DNA of 63,560 bases from Paraspadella gotoi (Eukaryota; Animalia; Chaetognatha), in contig CM119263.1 in the NCBI GenBank assembly GCA_051294375.1, forward strand, positions 3,041,573 through 3,105,132, read 5' to 3'. The position numbers were made by a program, and so were the translations under genes. Every line of letters begins with the position of its first letter. Within the stretch, counting starts at the first letter, position 1. This document shows positions 39,973 to 53,369 of this stretch, piece after piece. The notes under the pieces were generated by a model. The model was not told the origin of the DNA. It made no database searches and saw nothing but the letters and a program-made list of their open reading frames with translations.

Positions 39973-41525
39973 CTCATTCTCTCTCTCTCGCCAAATTAGT
40001 CTTAGTGGGATTAACAAACGGAGTCAATTTTATCGAAATTTTTCCAAAGCGATAGATTAAAATCACCAGTGAAGCGAAAAAGCTGTGACTGGTTGTTGCA
40101 AAATCAGACGACAATGAGAATATTCTCAAAGCAATAATCATTATTATCTTTTAGCTTATAATTTATGAAATTGGTTGAAACAAATATAAAAATTGTGCAT
40201 TCATTCATTATGTAAGCTATGAAGGCCTGATTTTGGACCTGGCTTTGGTGCATTGAGGCCTCCATCCCTTTTCCAAGCGTATTAACATATGCAAGACCTC
40301 GCCAAGCTTATAATCTAGAAATCTCCCTTCGTTTTGTTCATTGACTCCCATTTGCAATAAGAAGGATTGCAATAGATGACGTTGAAAAATTTCTGTCAGA
40401 TTGCTTATTCCATTCAAGATCCTTAATGATCCTCCGACACCCTATTCCCTCCACTTCTCTCCACTCTCACCATATTAAAGTCTCTCTCTCTCTCTCTCTC
40501 TCTCTTCATTCTCTCTCTCTCCTCTCTCTCTCTCTCATCTCTTCTCCTCTTCTTCTCTCTCTTTCACTCTACTCTCTTTTTTTTCCTCTCTCTCTCAGCT
40601 TTCAACCGAATATAAAGTCCTCTCTCTCTCTCATCTCTCATCTCGTCTCTCTCTCTCTCTCTCTCCCCTTCTCTCATTTTCTTCTCTCTGCTCTCTTTTT
40701 TTCTTCTTCCCTCGTCATCTCACAATAGCTCTCAACCCAAATATAAAGGTCTCTCTCTCTCTCTCTCATCCCTTCTCTCTCTTTTTTTTCTTTTCTCTCT
40801 CTCTCAGCTTCTCAACAAGATATAAAGTCTTTACCGAGTCACAGAACAGAAATTAATCTTTCTTTTTTCCTCTTTAAATTTTCCCGCCTCAATTGAATTT
40901 CCAAACCACAGTAACGGCCCATCATTTTGTTTTGTTTCTCGATTTGTTGGCGCCGGACGAGCGGGGGCGATCGCGTTTGTGAACGATCCTATGTTCGTGT
41001 GCCGCGATACGGATTGGCGTGACTTGTTAGCGCGATACGGATTGGCGTTGAACGTTGTGGCGCTGCTGTTGAGGAGGACGGTTCCTACCGACCGTACACT
41101 GCACCGGTGCAAATCGATGCTGACTTGTGGGCGACCGGCCTTTCAGTCCGACGTGGCAAAAGATGGAGCAATGCGACGCAAACAGACATCCAAAACCATT
41201 GGGCGCGCGCAAGCTAAACCTAAGATCGAATTTAACAAATTTACAACCGCGCACAGTAGACGTCGGGAAAAAAAAAAACAGCGGTAAATAAAAAATTTTC
41301 GTCCGATTTTCGTCGCGCTGAAAAAAAAATTTGTTTGGCCGAAAGGCGCATTAAAAGGACGGATAAAAGGAGGAATATTATCTTATTTTTTTTAAATTCC
41401 TTTGTTTTGGGTTTTTGTTCTCCCTAATTTACTAACGTCGCCTCTTTTTAGTGTGTGTGAGAGGAGAGAGAGAGAGAGAGAGCAGGAAGAGAAGAGAGGA
41501 GGTATTAGATGAGGAGAGAGAAGAG

Positions 41526-41563
<38 letters not shown>

Positions 41564-41665
41564 AGAGAGACAAGAAGAGGAGAGGAGAGAAAAGAGAGAG
41601 AGAGAGAGAGAGAGAGAGGTAGAGAGAGAGATGTGAGAGAGAGAAAGAGGTGAGAGAAGAAGAAA

Positions 41666-41698
<33 letters not shown>

Positions 41699-44241
41699 AA
41701 GAGAGAAGAGAGAGAGACGGAAGAGAGAGAGAGAGAGAGAGAGAATGTCCTGTTCGGGAATCGTAACCTTGTTTTCAAAGAAGCCATGAATTTCTGCTTT
41801 TTCCGCGTCTTGGGACGTCAACAGTTGTCTGTACGTGCGCGCGGAAGAGCAAAAGGGTCATAGCTGATGGGCCGTGGCGTTGAGACCATAGAGAGAGAGG
41901 AGAGACGAAGAGAGGATGAGGAGAGAGATGAGGAGAAGATTTGAAGAGAGAGACGAGGAGGAGAGATGAGAGAGAGAGAGAGAGAGAGAGAGAAAGAAAA
42001 AGAGAGAAAGAGACGAAAAGAAAGAATAGAATATAGAGAATATATAAAGGGAAGGAAAAAGAGAAAAGAGCGAAGAGGACGAACTGACAAGCGGGACGGT
42101 ATGGACGAGCGGGACGGACGGACAGACAATCTATTTAATAATTTGATCATGGGATTAATAGATCACTACGAAGCGTGGAAGTGAGTCACGTCATTTCTTT
42201 TCGCCTAAGTTTTATCGTGATCAAAGATCACAATTATATATGTTTGGTAAGCATAAGTGACGAATTATGAACAGGGAAAATTTATATTATTAGTTAATTA
42301 ATCTAATTGTGAATAAAAATGAACATTTAGAAAAGAAAACCTTTTTTTTTTTTTTTTTTTTGCTTTTTCTCTCGATTTTTGGCTGGAGAATTTGGGCCTA
42401 ATTGAACCTGAGCAGACGGAAACGTCAGAAGAGTGGTCGATGTGGAGAGCAGGAGGAAGGAGGTAAGTAGGAGGAAGAGGAGGAGGACTCTCGACTGAGA
42501 AAATATGAAAGGTAAGTTAGAAAGAGGGAAAAGTCGATAGAAAGGAAAGTAGGGTCCGAAAGAAGTTATAAAGTGTGAGAAAAGAAAATGGAAAATAGCG
42601 GGATGAAGTGCAACAAAGGAACTTAATGAAAACAATGGATATAAAAGGTGGAACTGCATGATAAGCGAATGTCTCTCATCTCGACAGTTCGCCGCGCAAA
42701 ATCAATGTCTGTCTATCCTTTATCTCCGTATATTTTATTTATTCATCAAGTTAGTATGGTCTCTCTCTCCTCTCTCTCATTTCTCCTCCTCTCTCTCTCT
42801 CTTAATAGCTTATGTATTTGGGGCCAGTTTATAATTACAGTATTTTTCAGTAAAATACTGAGCTATCTTTGCCTAGACTAAAAACAAAAATAATACTAAT
42901 TCACTTTCACGAGACTTTGGACAAGCACGAATTACTCCATATAACTGCCTGACCTACATCCATCCCTGCCCCTGCTACACGAATGATACGCTTGCTCCCG
43001 CACACGTGAATTTTTTTTCTTTTCTCAAATTCACAAATTCTTCATGCATGTTGCTTTGTGTGTTGGACTCGCGCGGCCGAAACGATTAAATATTAGAATG
43101 TGCAAAAGAAATACGAAATTTGTTTCGCCAGAATGGCATTGATTTTTTTCGTTGATTGCCAGACCTAGCTTGGATTTGTCGGCCAGAACTGGCTTGGATT
43201 TATCGGCCAGACTGGCTTAGAATTTGTCGGCCAGACTGGCTTTAGATTTGTCGACCCAGACTGGGCTTGAAATTTTGTCGTCAGACTGTGCTTGAATTTT
43301 TGTCGGCCAGACTGGCTTAGATTTTTGTCGGTCAGACGTGGCTTGAATTTGTCGGCTTCAAGTGCATCATTAATGAAGNNNNNNNNNNNNNNNNNNNNNN
43401 NNNAACTGAAAATTGAATTTGCGACAAACTCACTCAATTAGAGTCGGACTCTCTCTCTCCTTTTTTGATTTGATGCGGTCGAATGATGATGACGAAGACG
43501 ACAACGACGAAGACGACGACGACGACNNNNNNNNNNNNNNNNNNNNNNNNNNNNNNNNNNNNNNNNNNNNNNNNNNNNNNNNNNNNNNNNNNNNNNNNNN
43601 NNNNNNNNNNNNNNNNNNNNNNNNNNNNNNNNNNNNNNNNNNNNNNNNNNNNNNNNNNNNNNNNNNNNNNNNNNNNNNNNNNNNNNNNNNNNNNNNNNNN
43701 NNNNNNNNNNNNNNNNNNNNNNNNNNNNNNNNNNNNNNNNNNNNNNNNNNNNNNNNNNNNNGACCAAATTAGTCTTAGTGGGATTAACAAACGGAAGTCA
43801 ATTTATCGAAATTTTTCAAAGCGATAGATTAAAATCACCAGTGAAGCGAAAAAGCTGTGACTGGTTGTTGCAAAAATCAGACGACAATGAGAATATTCTC
43901 AAAGCCAATAATCATTATTATCTTTAGCATTATAATTTATGAAATTGGTGAAACAAATATAAAAATTGTGCATTCATTCATTATGTAAGCTATGAAGGTC
44001 CTGATTTTGGACTGGCTTTGGTGCATTTAGGCCTCCATCCCTTTCACAAGGTATTAACATAGCAAGACCTCGCCAGCTTATAATCTAGAATCTCCCTTCG
44101 TTTGGTTCATTGACTCCCATTTGCAATAAGAGATGCAAATGACGTTGAAATTTCTTCAGATGCTTATTCCATTCAAGATCCTTAATGATCCTCCGACACC
44201 CTTATTCCCTCTCACTTCTCTCACAACTCTCAACCAATATA

Positions 44242-44312
<71 letters not shown>

Positions 44313-46523
44313 ACTATCTGCTCTTCTTTTTTTTTTCTCTCTCTCTCTGAGCGCTTTCAACCGAATATAAAGTCCGTCTTCTCTCTCTCTCTCTCTTTTC
44401 TCTCTCTCTCTCTCTCTCTCTCCTCTCTCCTCTTCTTTTCTCTTCTCTCTCTTTTTCTCTCTCTCACAGCTCTCAACCAGATATAAAGTCTCTCTCTCTC
44501 TCTCCTCTCTCTCTCTCCTCTCTCTTTTTCTCTCTCTCTCAGCTCTCAACCAATATAAAGTCTTTACGAGCTCACAGATTAAGAAAGTTAATCTTTTATT
44601 TTCTTTAAAATTTTCCCGCCTCAAATTGATTCCAAACACAGAACGCCATCTTTGTTTTGTTTCTTCGATTGTTGTTGGCGCCGCCGATCGCGTTGGCACG
44701 ATCCATTTCCGTTGCCGCGATACGGATTGGTCGTGACGTTGAATAGCGCGATACGGATTGGCGTTTGACGTTGTGCGCCTGCTGTTGAGGAGGAGGTTCC
44801 TTAGACCGTACACTGCCACCGTGCAAATCCGATGCTGGGACTTGGTGGCGACGCTTCCAGTCCGATCGTGGCAAAAGTGGATGCATGCGACGCAAAGAGA
44901 CATTTCCAAAACCATTGGCGCGCTAAGCTACTAAGTCGAATTTAACAAATTCACGCCATCATAGCGGCGGGAAAAAAAAAAACAGCGGTAATAAAATTTC
45001 TGTACGATTCGTCGCGCTGAAAAAAAAATTTGTTTGGCCGAAGGCGCTTTAAAAGGACGAGTAAAAGAGGATATTATCTTTGTTTTTTTATTCCTTTGTT
45101 TTGAGTTTTTTTGATTCTCATTTACCGGTTCCGCTCTTTTAGTGTGTGTGAGAGAGAGAAGAGTCGAGAGGATGATGGGTAGAGGGGAGGTGAGTAGAAG
45201 GAAGGGACTATGAGAGACGGTAGGAAGGAGAAGTGGATACGAGAGAGAAGAGCAGGAGGAGAGAGAGAGAGGATGAGAGAGAAGAAGAGAAATGAAGAGA
45301 GAAAGAAAAGATGGAGAGAGTAGGCTAGTAGAAGAAGAATGAGAGAGATGGGGAGAGCGAGAGAGAGAGGAGAGACGAGAGAGAGTGAGAGAGAGAAAGA
45401 TGAGTGAGAAGAGAGAAGAGAGAGAGAGAGAGAAAGAGAAGAGAGAGAGAAAGAGAGAAGAGAGACCGAGCGGGAGAGAGAGATGAGAGAGAGAGAATGT
45501 CTGTTCGGATCGTAACTCTTGTTTTCAAGAAGCCAAATTGAATTCTGCTTTTTCGGTCTTGGGACTCAACATATGCGACGTCGAAGAGGCAAAGAGCGGT
45601 CATAGCTGGATGGGACGTCTGGCTGTAGACCATAGAGAGAGAAGAGAGAGAGAAGAAGAGATGGAGAGAGATGAAGAGGAGAGAGATTTGAGGAGAGAGG
45701 CGAAGTGGAGGCCGATGAGAGAGGGAGAGAGGGAGAGAGGAGAGAAGAAAGAGAGAAAGAGACGAAAGAAAGAAATAGAAATATAGAGATATTATTATAG
45801 GGAAGGAAACGGAAAAAAGGAGATCACGAAAAGAGAAGGGACGAACTGACAAGCGGACGGGTAATGGACGAGCGACGGCTGGGACGGAACAGACAATCTA
45901 TTAATAATTTGATCATGTGATTATAGATCACTACGAACGTGGAGAAGTAGAGGTTCACGTCATTTCTTTTCCTAAGTTTATCGTGATCAATTCACAATGT
46001 TAAACTTATGTTTTATGGTACACATCAAAAGTGACACGAATATGAACAGGCGGAAAATTATATTATTAGTTAATCTAATTGTGAATAAAAAGACATTTGA
46101 GAAAAAGAAAACCTTTTTTTTTTTTTTTTGCTTTTTCTCTCGATTTTGGCTGAGAAATTTGAGCGCCTAATTGAACGTCTGAGCAGACGGAAGTTAAGCA
46201 GAGAGTGTCGACTGTGGAGAGGAGGAGGAGGAGGTAAGAGGAGGAAGAGGAGGAGTGACTCCGACTGAGAAAAATATGAAAGGTAAGTAGAAAGAGGAAA
46301 GGTCGATATGAGAAAGGAAAGTAGGGTCGAAGCAGAAGTTATAAAGTGTGAGAAAGAAATGGAAAAAATAGCGGGATGAAGTGCAACAAAGGAACTAATG
46401 AAAAAAGTGATTAAAAAGGTGGAACTGCATGATAGGAATGTCTCTCATCTCGACAGTTCGCCGCCAAAACAATGCTGTTTCTATCTTCCGTATATTTATT
46501 TATTCCATCAAAGTTTAGTATGG

Positions 46524-46564
<41 letters not shown>

Positions 46565-48035
46565 TAATAGCTATGTTATTTGGGCCAGCTTATAATTTAT
46601 CAGTATTTCAGTAAAATACTGAGCTATCTTGCCTTCTGACTAAAAACAAAGAATAATACTAATTCACTTTCAGCGGACTTTGGACACATCCCTGCCTGAC
46701 CTACATCGCATCCCTGCACTCTAACGAATGATCGCGCTTCGCCCGTGATTTTTTTCTCTTGTCTCATCACAAATTCTTCATGCATGTGTGCTTTTGTGTG
46801 TGACTCGGCTGGCCGAAACGATTAATATTAGTATGGCAAAAAATACGAAATAGTTTCGGCCAGAATGGCATTGATTTTCGGCCAGACTAGCTTGGGATTT
46901 GTCGGCCAGACTGGCTTGGATTTATACGGCCAGACTTGGCTAGATTTGTCGGCCAGACTGCCGCTTAAGATTTGTCGACCCCAGACTGGCTTGAATTTGT
47001 CCGCTTCAAAGACTTGGCTTGAATTTGTCGGCCAGACTGGCTTTAGATTTGTCGGTCAGGACTGGCTTGGAATTTTTTTGTGTGCTTCGGCTGTCAAAGT
47101 GCATCATTAATGAAGNNNNNNNNNNNNNNNNNNNNNNNNNTCTCTCTCTCAGCTCTCAACCAATATAAAGTCTTTACGAGTCACAGAAAGAAATTAATCT
47201 TTTGTTTTTCTTTAAATTTTCCGCCTCAATTGATTCCAAACACAGAAGCGCCATCTTTGTTTTGTTTCTCGATTTGTTGGCGCCGCCGATCGCGTTGTGA
47301 CGACATCCATTTCGTGGCGCGATACGGATTGGCGTGACGTTGTAGCGCGATACGGATTGGCGTGACGTTGTGGCGCTGCTGTTGAGGAGGAGGTTCCTAG
47401 ACCGTGACACTGCACCGTGGCAAATCGATGCTGACTTGTGGCGACGCTTTCCAGTCCGACGTGGCAAAAGATGGAGCATGCGACGCAAAGACATTCCAAA
47501 ACCATTGGCGCGCCAAGCTACTAAGTCGAATTTAACAAATCACGCCACATAGCGGCGGGAAAAAAAACAGGCGTAATAAAATTCGTCGATTTCGTCGCTG
47601 AAAAAAAATTTGTTTGGCCGAAAGGGGCGCTTAAAAGCGACGGAGTTAAAAGGAGGATTATATCTTTTGTTTTTTTATTCCTTTGTTTTTGAGTTTTTTG
47701 GTTTTCTCATTTACCGGTTCGCTCTTTTAGTGGTGTGTGAGAGGCAGATGAGAGAGGAGAGGAGGGAAGCGACGAGGTAGAGCGGGGAGGGGAGTAGAGG
47801 AGGAATGAGAGAGAATGGAGAGGAGGAGAGAGAGAGAGGAGAGAGATAGAGAATCATAAGAAGAAGACGAGAGGAGAGAGAGAAGATAGAAAGAGAGGAG
47901 ATGAGAGAGAAAAAAGATGGGAGAGACGTGGATAAAGAGATGACAGGAGGGGAGAGCGAGGAGAGAGGAGAGACGAGAGAGAGTGAGAGAGAGAAGAGAG
48001 AGAGTGAGAAGAGAGAAGAGAGAGAGGAGAGAGAA

Positions 48036-48074
<39 letters not shown>

Positions 48075-48226
48075 CGAGAGAGAGAGAGATGAGAGAGAGA
48101 GAATGTCTGTTCGGATCGTAACTTGTTTTCCAAGAAGCCATTGAATTCTGCTTTTTCGCGTCTATGGGTCAACATTGCGACGTCGAAGAGCAAAGGGTCA
48201 TAGCTGGATGGGCGTGGCTGGAGACC

Positions 48227-48262
<36 letters not shown>

Positions 48263-49071
48263 TGAGAGGAGAGGAGTGAGAGAGGAGAGAAGCGGGAGAG
48301 AGAGGGAGAGAGAGAGAGAGAGAAAGAAAGAGAGAAGAGACGAAAGAAAGAAATAGAATATAGAGATATATATAGAAGGAAAGGAAAAAGAGAGGACGAA
48401 AGAGAAGGACGAACTGACAAGCGGACGGTCAGATGGACGAGGCGGACGGATATACGAGCGGACGGACGGACAGACAATCATTAATAATTTGATCATGGAT
48501 TATAGATCACTACGAACGTGGAAGATGAGGTCACGTCATTTCTTTTCCTAAGTTTATCGTGATCAAAATCACAATTTAAATATGTTTTGGTACACATAAA
48601 GTGAACGAATATGAACGGGGAAATTTATATTATTAGTTAATCTAATTGTGAATAAAAAGACATTTAGAAAAGAAAACCCCTTTTTTTTTTTTTTGCTTTT
48701 TCTCTCGATTTTTGGCTGAGAATTTGAGGCCTAATTGAACCTGAGCAGACGGAAAGGTCAAGAGAGTGTCGACTGTGGAGGAGGAGGAGGAGGAGGAAGA
48801 GGAGGAAGAGGAGGAGGACTCCGACTGAGAAAAATATGAAAGGTAAGTAGAAAGAGGAAAGGTCGATAGAAAAGGAAAGTAGGGTCGAAGGAAGTTATAA
48901 AGTGTGAGAAAGAAAATGGAAAAATAGGGGATGAAGTGCAAAGGAACTAATGATAAAAAATGATAAAAAGGGGAACTCATGATAACAAATGTCTCTCATC
49001 TCGACAGTTCGCCGCAAAACAATGCTGTTTCTATCTTCCGTATATTTATTTATTCATCAAGTTAGTATGTG

Positions 49072-49112
<41 letters not shown>

Positions 49113-49627
49113 TAATAGCTATGTATTTGGGCCAAGTTATATTATCCAGTATTTCAGTAAATACTGAGCTATCTTGCCGCTGACTAAAAACAAAAATAAT
49201 ACTAATTCACTTTCACGGACTTTGGACACATCCCTGCCTGACCTACATCGCATCCCTGCCTCTAACGAATGAATCGCGCTCGCCCGTGATTTTTTTCTCT
49301 TGTCTCAATCACAAATTCTTCATGCATGTGGCTTTTGTGTGTGACTCGCGGCCGAAACGATTAATATTAGATGGCAAAGAAATACGAAATAGTTTCGGCC
49401 AGAATGGCATTGATTTTTCGGCCAGACTAGCTTGGATTTGTCGGCCAGACTGGCTTGGATTTATCGGCCAGACTGGCTTAGATTTGTCGGCCAGACTGGC
49501 TTAGATTTGTCGACCAGACTGGCTTGAATTTGTCGGTCAGACTGGCTTGAATTTGTCGGCCAGACTGGCTTAGATTTGTCGGTCAGACTGGCTTGAATTT
49601 GTCGGCTTCAAGTGCATCATTAATGAA
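39730..49627 (+). repeat. Triplicated block (39730-43378, 43404-47115, partial 47141-49627) joined at 25-N gaps
   Basis: Colinear copies differing by small indels, each ending gtgcatcattaatgaa. Gaps at 43379-43403 and 47116-47140. Confidence 0.88.
49395..49606 (+). repeat. Minisatellite of about 23 bp (tcggccagactggcttagatttg), about 9 copies; also at about 43155-43357 and 46855-47075
   Basis: Seen directly. Confidence 0.9.
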
Positions 49628-49729
49628 AGGAGCAACCGACGGGCTCGACTCTTAAGTCGGAAAAAACTTTTTTTTTCTTTCTTCCATTTATATTTTAATT
49701 TTGACATTTTAATTATAGATATATTTCAT

Positions 49730-49763
<34 letters not shown>

Positions 49764-50191
49764 CTGTCTCCTTCACACTCATTTCATCGAATCATTTTAT
49801 CTCCGCCATCTGTCAGAGAGAGAGAGAGAGAGAGATCGCTTTCTTTCTCAGCCACTTGCTTTTTTGTTTTCTTTACCTGAAGCGAGGTGCCGAGGAGAAA
49901 ACACCCGGATGAAATGAGAGATCTCCTGATATGATAGAAAGATAATACGAGCGTTGTTGACGTAATAGAGCGAATTTCATTCAAGTAAACTTGTAAACAG
50001 TTTATGGACATTTAAAACACCAAAGCCTGTCCAAAGTCAGGGGCAAGATAGCTTATTTATTAAATGAACGGATAATTTTTATATTGGTTCTACCAATTTC
50101 ATATAACAATCAATATCCCCAGATCGAAGTAGGAAAACGATGACAAAGATATTATTAACTACATGATAATGACGACCCCAAAGCTGATAAC

Positions 50192-50223
<32 letters not shown>

Positions 50224-52361
50224 CGACGACGACGACGACGTTGACGATCTCGATTTCCTGGTTTTGTGATTCTCGTAAAATTCTCCGTTTATCGTCCATT
50301 CGCGCGCCATCTTCGGTGAGACTCGAAAATGGTCCGACTTTCGCTTTAACTTCAAAGCTTCTTTTAGTTAAGTTAAATGCTGTGAAACAAAAAAAGGAAT
50401 GTATGTACTTATCCATATTTATTCAATTGAAACGGATCAGAGACGTCCTTCCGGCGACGGTCTTGGGGGGGGGGCCCTGGGAGGTGGGATGTCTGGTGAC
50501 TCAAATGGACATCAATCATCGAGTTGACCTCAGTCACAAAGAATCCTTTCATCGAACTACAGCGAAGGCCCAGTCGTCGTCATTGTCGTCGGCTTTCTTT
50601 TCTCTCCTATTTTTCATATCAACTTCTCGGGCCAAAGCGACTGGCCTGTTGATCGGCGAAGTGTCCTCCACAATATCACTTTATTGATAGGAAATTACTC
50701 TGGGAGTTAATAAACGAGACAGAGAGAGAGTCGAGATTGAGACCGCCTCGTTTTTTCACTCATCTCTCTTCCTTCGGTTCGGGAAGCCGGGAAGTCTCTG
50801 ATTGAGACAAACCAAGGCGAGACAAGCCGGACAAGCTAATTGAGCAATCCATTTCCTTCGTTGTTGTTATCTTGTCGCCTGTCCAAATTTCACAAGATAA
50901 AATAAATATAAACAATTTTTTGAAACAAAATGGCGTCTTATGCCGTATTATTCTACTTTAAAATGCAAATGAGAATTAGGCCACGAGCTTCGTTTTCGGG
51001 TTAGATATTCAGTATTTAATTAGGTCAATTAAATCAACGGCTGATTTCGAGTTTGTCTTTTTTTTAAACTAGTTTCCCCCGGTTCTTAATTCGTCAAACT
51101 TGAGAAAGATAAGATGATCGAAACCTAATTTACTTCGAGATTAATCATCGCTTTTTATGTCACGAAAATAAAATAAAACGTTTGAAGTTTAAAGATCAAA
51201 GTTTAAACTGAGATTCCTTTAAATTTTTAGACAGATTTCTCGTTTTTTTTTTGCTCTTTTATTAAAACTTAAGAGAATTGTTTGTGTTTTTGTTTATATT
51301 TTACTTTCCATCTATTGATGTCGCGGAAAATAAAATGGGAGGCCTCGAATCGTGTTTCGAGCGGCGGCCTTTGAATAATTTTGTCCGAAAAAAATTCGAA
51401 AAGAGAAAAAAAACATTTTGAAGCTTTTTTTTTTTAGTTTGGCTAACATTGAAGGAAAGGTCTGCTGTCGCTGAAAATCCCATGTAACTTTTCATGAAAT
51501 ATGATTAGATTTAATCACCGAAACCAAAGAGTCTACAAGCAGTTCAAAGCGTCAGCTTGTGAAACCGCAAGCATTCCCTCCCTTTTACCTTTTTCATTGC
51601 ATGTTTGAAAGCATAACACAGAATCAATGTAACTGAGAAAAATTTTATTAAAATTTAATTAAGAATTAATTTAAACAAAGACAACAAACATTAGGCGGAA
51701 AAATTATACTACCAATATACTATTAATTTTTAAAAAAATTATACTATTTCTTTAAAAAATATACTACTGTTACTATATTGTCGGGAAAATTGAATCCCGA
51801 GATAAAAATAAACAAAAAAAATAAGGATTTAACGATTTAAAAAAAAAACACTAAATCAAATGCAAATTTGATTTTCCATCTCTGGATAAAAAAAAGGGTA
51901 ACAGAGATACGAACTGTAAAAGGCAGTGACAAGGCCGTGGGCACTGGCAGCGTTTGATTCCATTAGGCGAAGATTGTAACGCGTTTGAAAATTAGTTTAT
52001 CATACATTCTAGCACTCGATTGCCAAGAGTATTTAAATATACAGTTTTTTTATGCTTTGGCTAAAGAGACACGTTAGTGCAGGTTTTACCTATCGCTCTC
52101 GGTAAAGCTTTGCCAAACTTGGGTAAACAATAACAATAAAATACGTCTAAAACTTCTTTTTAAAGTTAAAAAAAAAAAAAAAAAATCAAGCCTACGACTT
52201 GCTATTCTCAAAATATCTGGATATACATAGTTATGGCTTATGTATATATACATTAAGAGATGAATGGATGGAAGGTAAGTTTACCTTTCTACGTCTACGA
52301 TCTATGCGGAGAAAGTGAGAGAAAGGAAAAGTTAAATTTAAAAAAAAGGTTTTATTGTCGG

Positions 52362-53369
52362 TTAACAATCGTTCGTCGAAATTTCAATTCCTTCTTTTCG
52401 TTTTAAACCTTGTCTTTGCTCGTCGTCGTCGTAGTCGTACTCGGTGTAGCCGTCGTCGTCGAGCGCGTCGTCCTTAACGACGATAACGACGGTTCCGACG
52501 CCGACGCCGTCGCCGTCGCCGCTGCCGCAGCCCCATCCGTCTCCGCAGCAACGGAATTGAGCGTCGAGTTCCGGCGGGCGGCGCCCCCAGGGCTGCACCT
52601 CGCCGGAAGAGAAGAAAAGAAAGACGAGAGCGCCGGCTACGAGGACGGCGTCGCTTACGAGGAAGAAATAGCGCCATCCAGGCAGACCAGGGTAGGCGTG
52701 GGTCAATCGGCCCATGATCTCCGAGCCGAGAAATCCCGGCGCCGTTCCCAAGCAGTTGGAGATGCCGAGAATGAGACCGGCGTGGTCCGGCGCTACGTCC
52801 AGCGGATTAACATACCATCCGACGGCGGTGAGACCGCCAAATCCGTTGGCCACGATGAGCAGCGGAACTGCGGCGGCGGCGGAGTGACCAAAGAGTGCCA
52901 GGCCCATCACCGCCACCGCCTGCACGCCAAGGCCCACAGTGTTGCAGATCCTCCGAACCGTCGTCGTCGAGAGAGGGTTGTCCTTGAAGTAGTCGGCCGC
53001 CTGTCCGCCGCCAATCAGCATCACCATCTGCAGCAAATACGGCAGCGACAACAGGAGACCGTTTGATTTGATGGTGAAGTCCAACACCTCCTTCATGAAC
53101 TTTGGCCCCGACGTCATCAGCGTGAAGAAGCACCAGTTGTAGGCGAAGTTGGCGACGCAGATGGCGCCCACGCGCGGCGACGTCAAGATGTGACGCCAGG
53201 GCGTCGGGTATTTCCTGTCGTCCCCGGCTCCGCGATCCAATTCCAGCGCCGCAACAATGTAGTCGCGTTCCTCGATGGAAATACGCGGGTGGGCGGAGGG
53301 ATCGTCGGCGGCCAGGGCCATCCAGAGGCCCGCCCAGGCAACGCCCATGCCGCCGAGGAGGTAAAATAC
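52362..53369 (-). CDS. SLC17: SLC17-like exon 3 (335 codons plus stop)
   Basis: cgtag|[12 protein letters not shown]...EISTNDC*. Confidence 0.92.
   Translation of the reverse strand, partial: VFYLLGGMGVAWAGLWMALAADDPSAHPRISIEERDYIVAALELDRGAGDDRKYPTPWRHILTSPRVGAICVANFAYNWCFFTLMTSGPKFMKEVLDFTIKSNGLLLSLPYLLQMVMLIGGGQAADYFKDNPLSTTTVRRICNTVGLGVQAVAVMGLALFGHSAAAAVPLLIVANGFGGLTAVGWYVNPLDVAPDHAGLILGISNCLGTAPGFLGSEIMGRLTHAYPGLPGWRYFFLVSDAVLVAGALVFLFFSSGEVQPWGRRPPELDAQFRCCGDGWGCGSGDGDGVGVGTVVIVVKDDALDDDGYTEYDYDDDEQRQGLKRKEGIEISTNDC

Noticed and set aside
49395-49606. CRISPR-like repeat arrays (also 36951-37072 and 58670-58940)
   Set aside because: Head-to-tail units with no unique spacers, no cas genes, and a eukaryotic intronic context.
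52410-53066. 218-aa + strand ORF (also 54448-54855)
   Set aside because: Antisense shadow of the GC3-rich SLC17 coding sequence.
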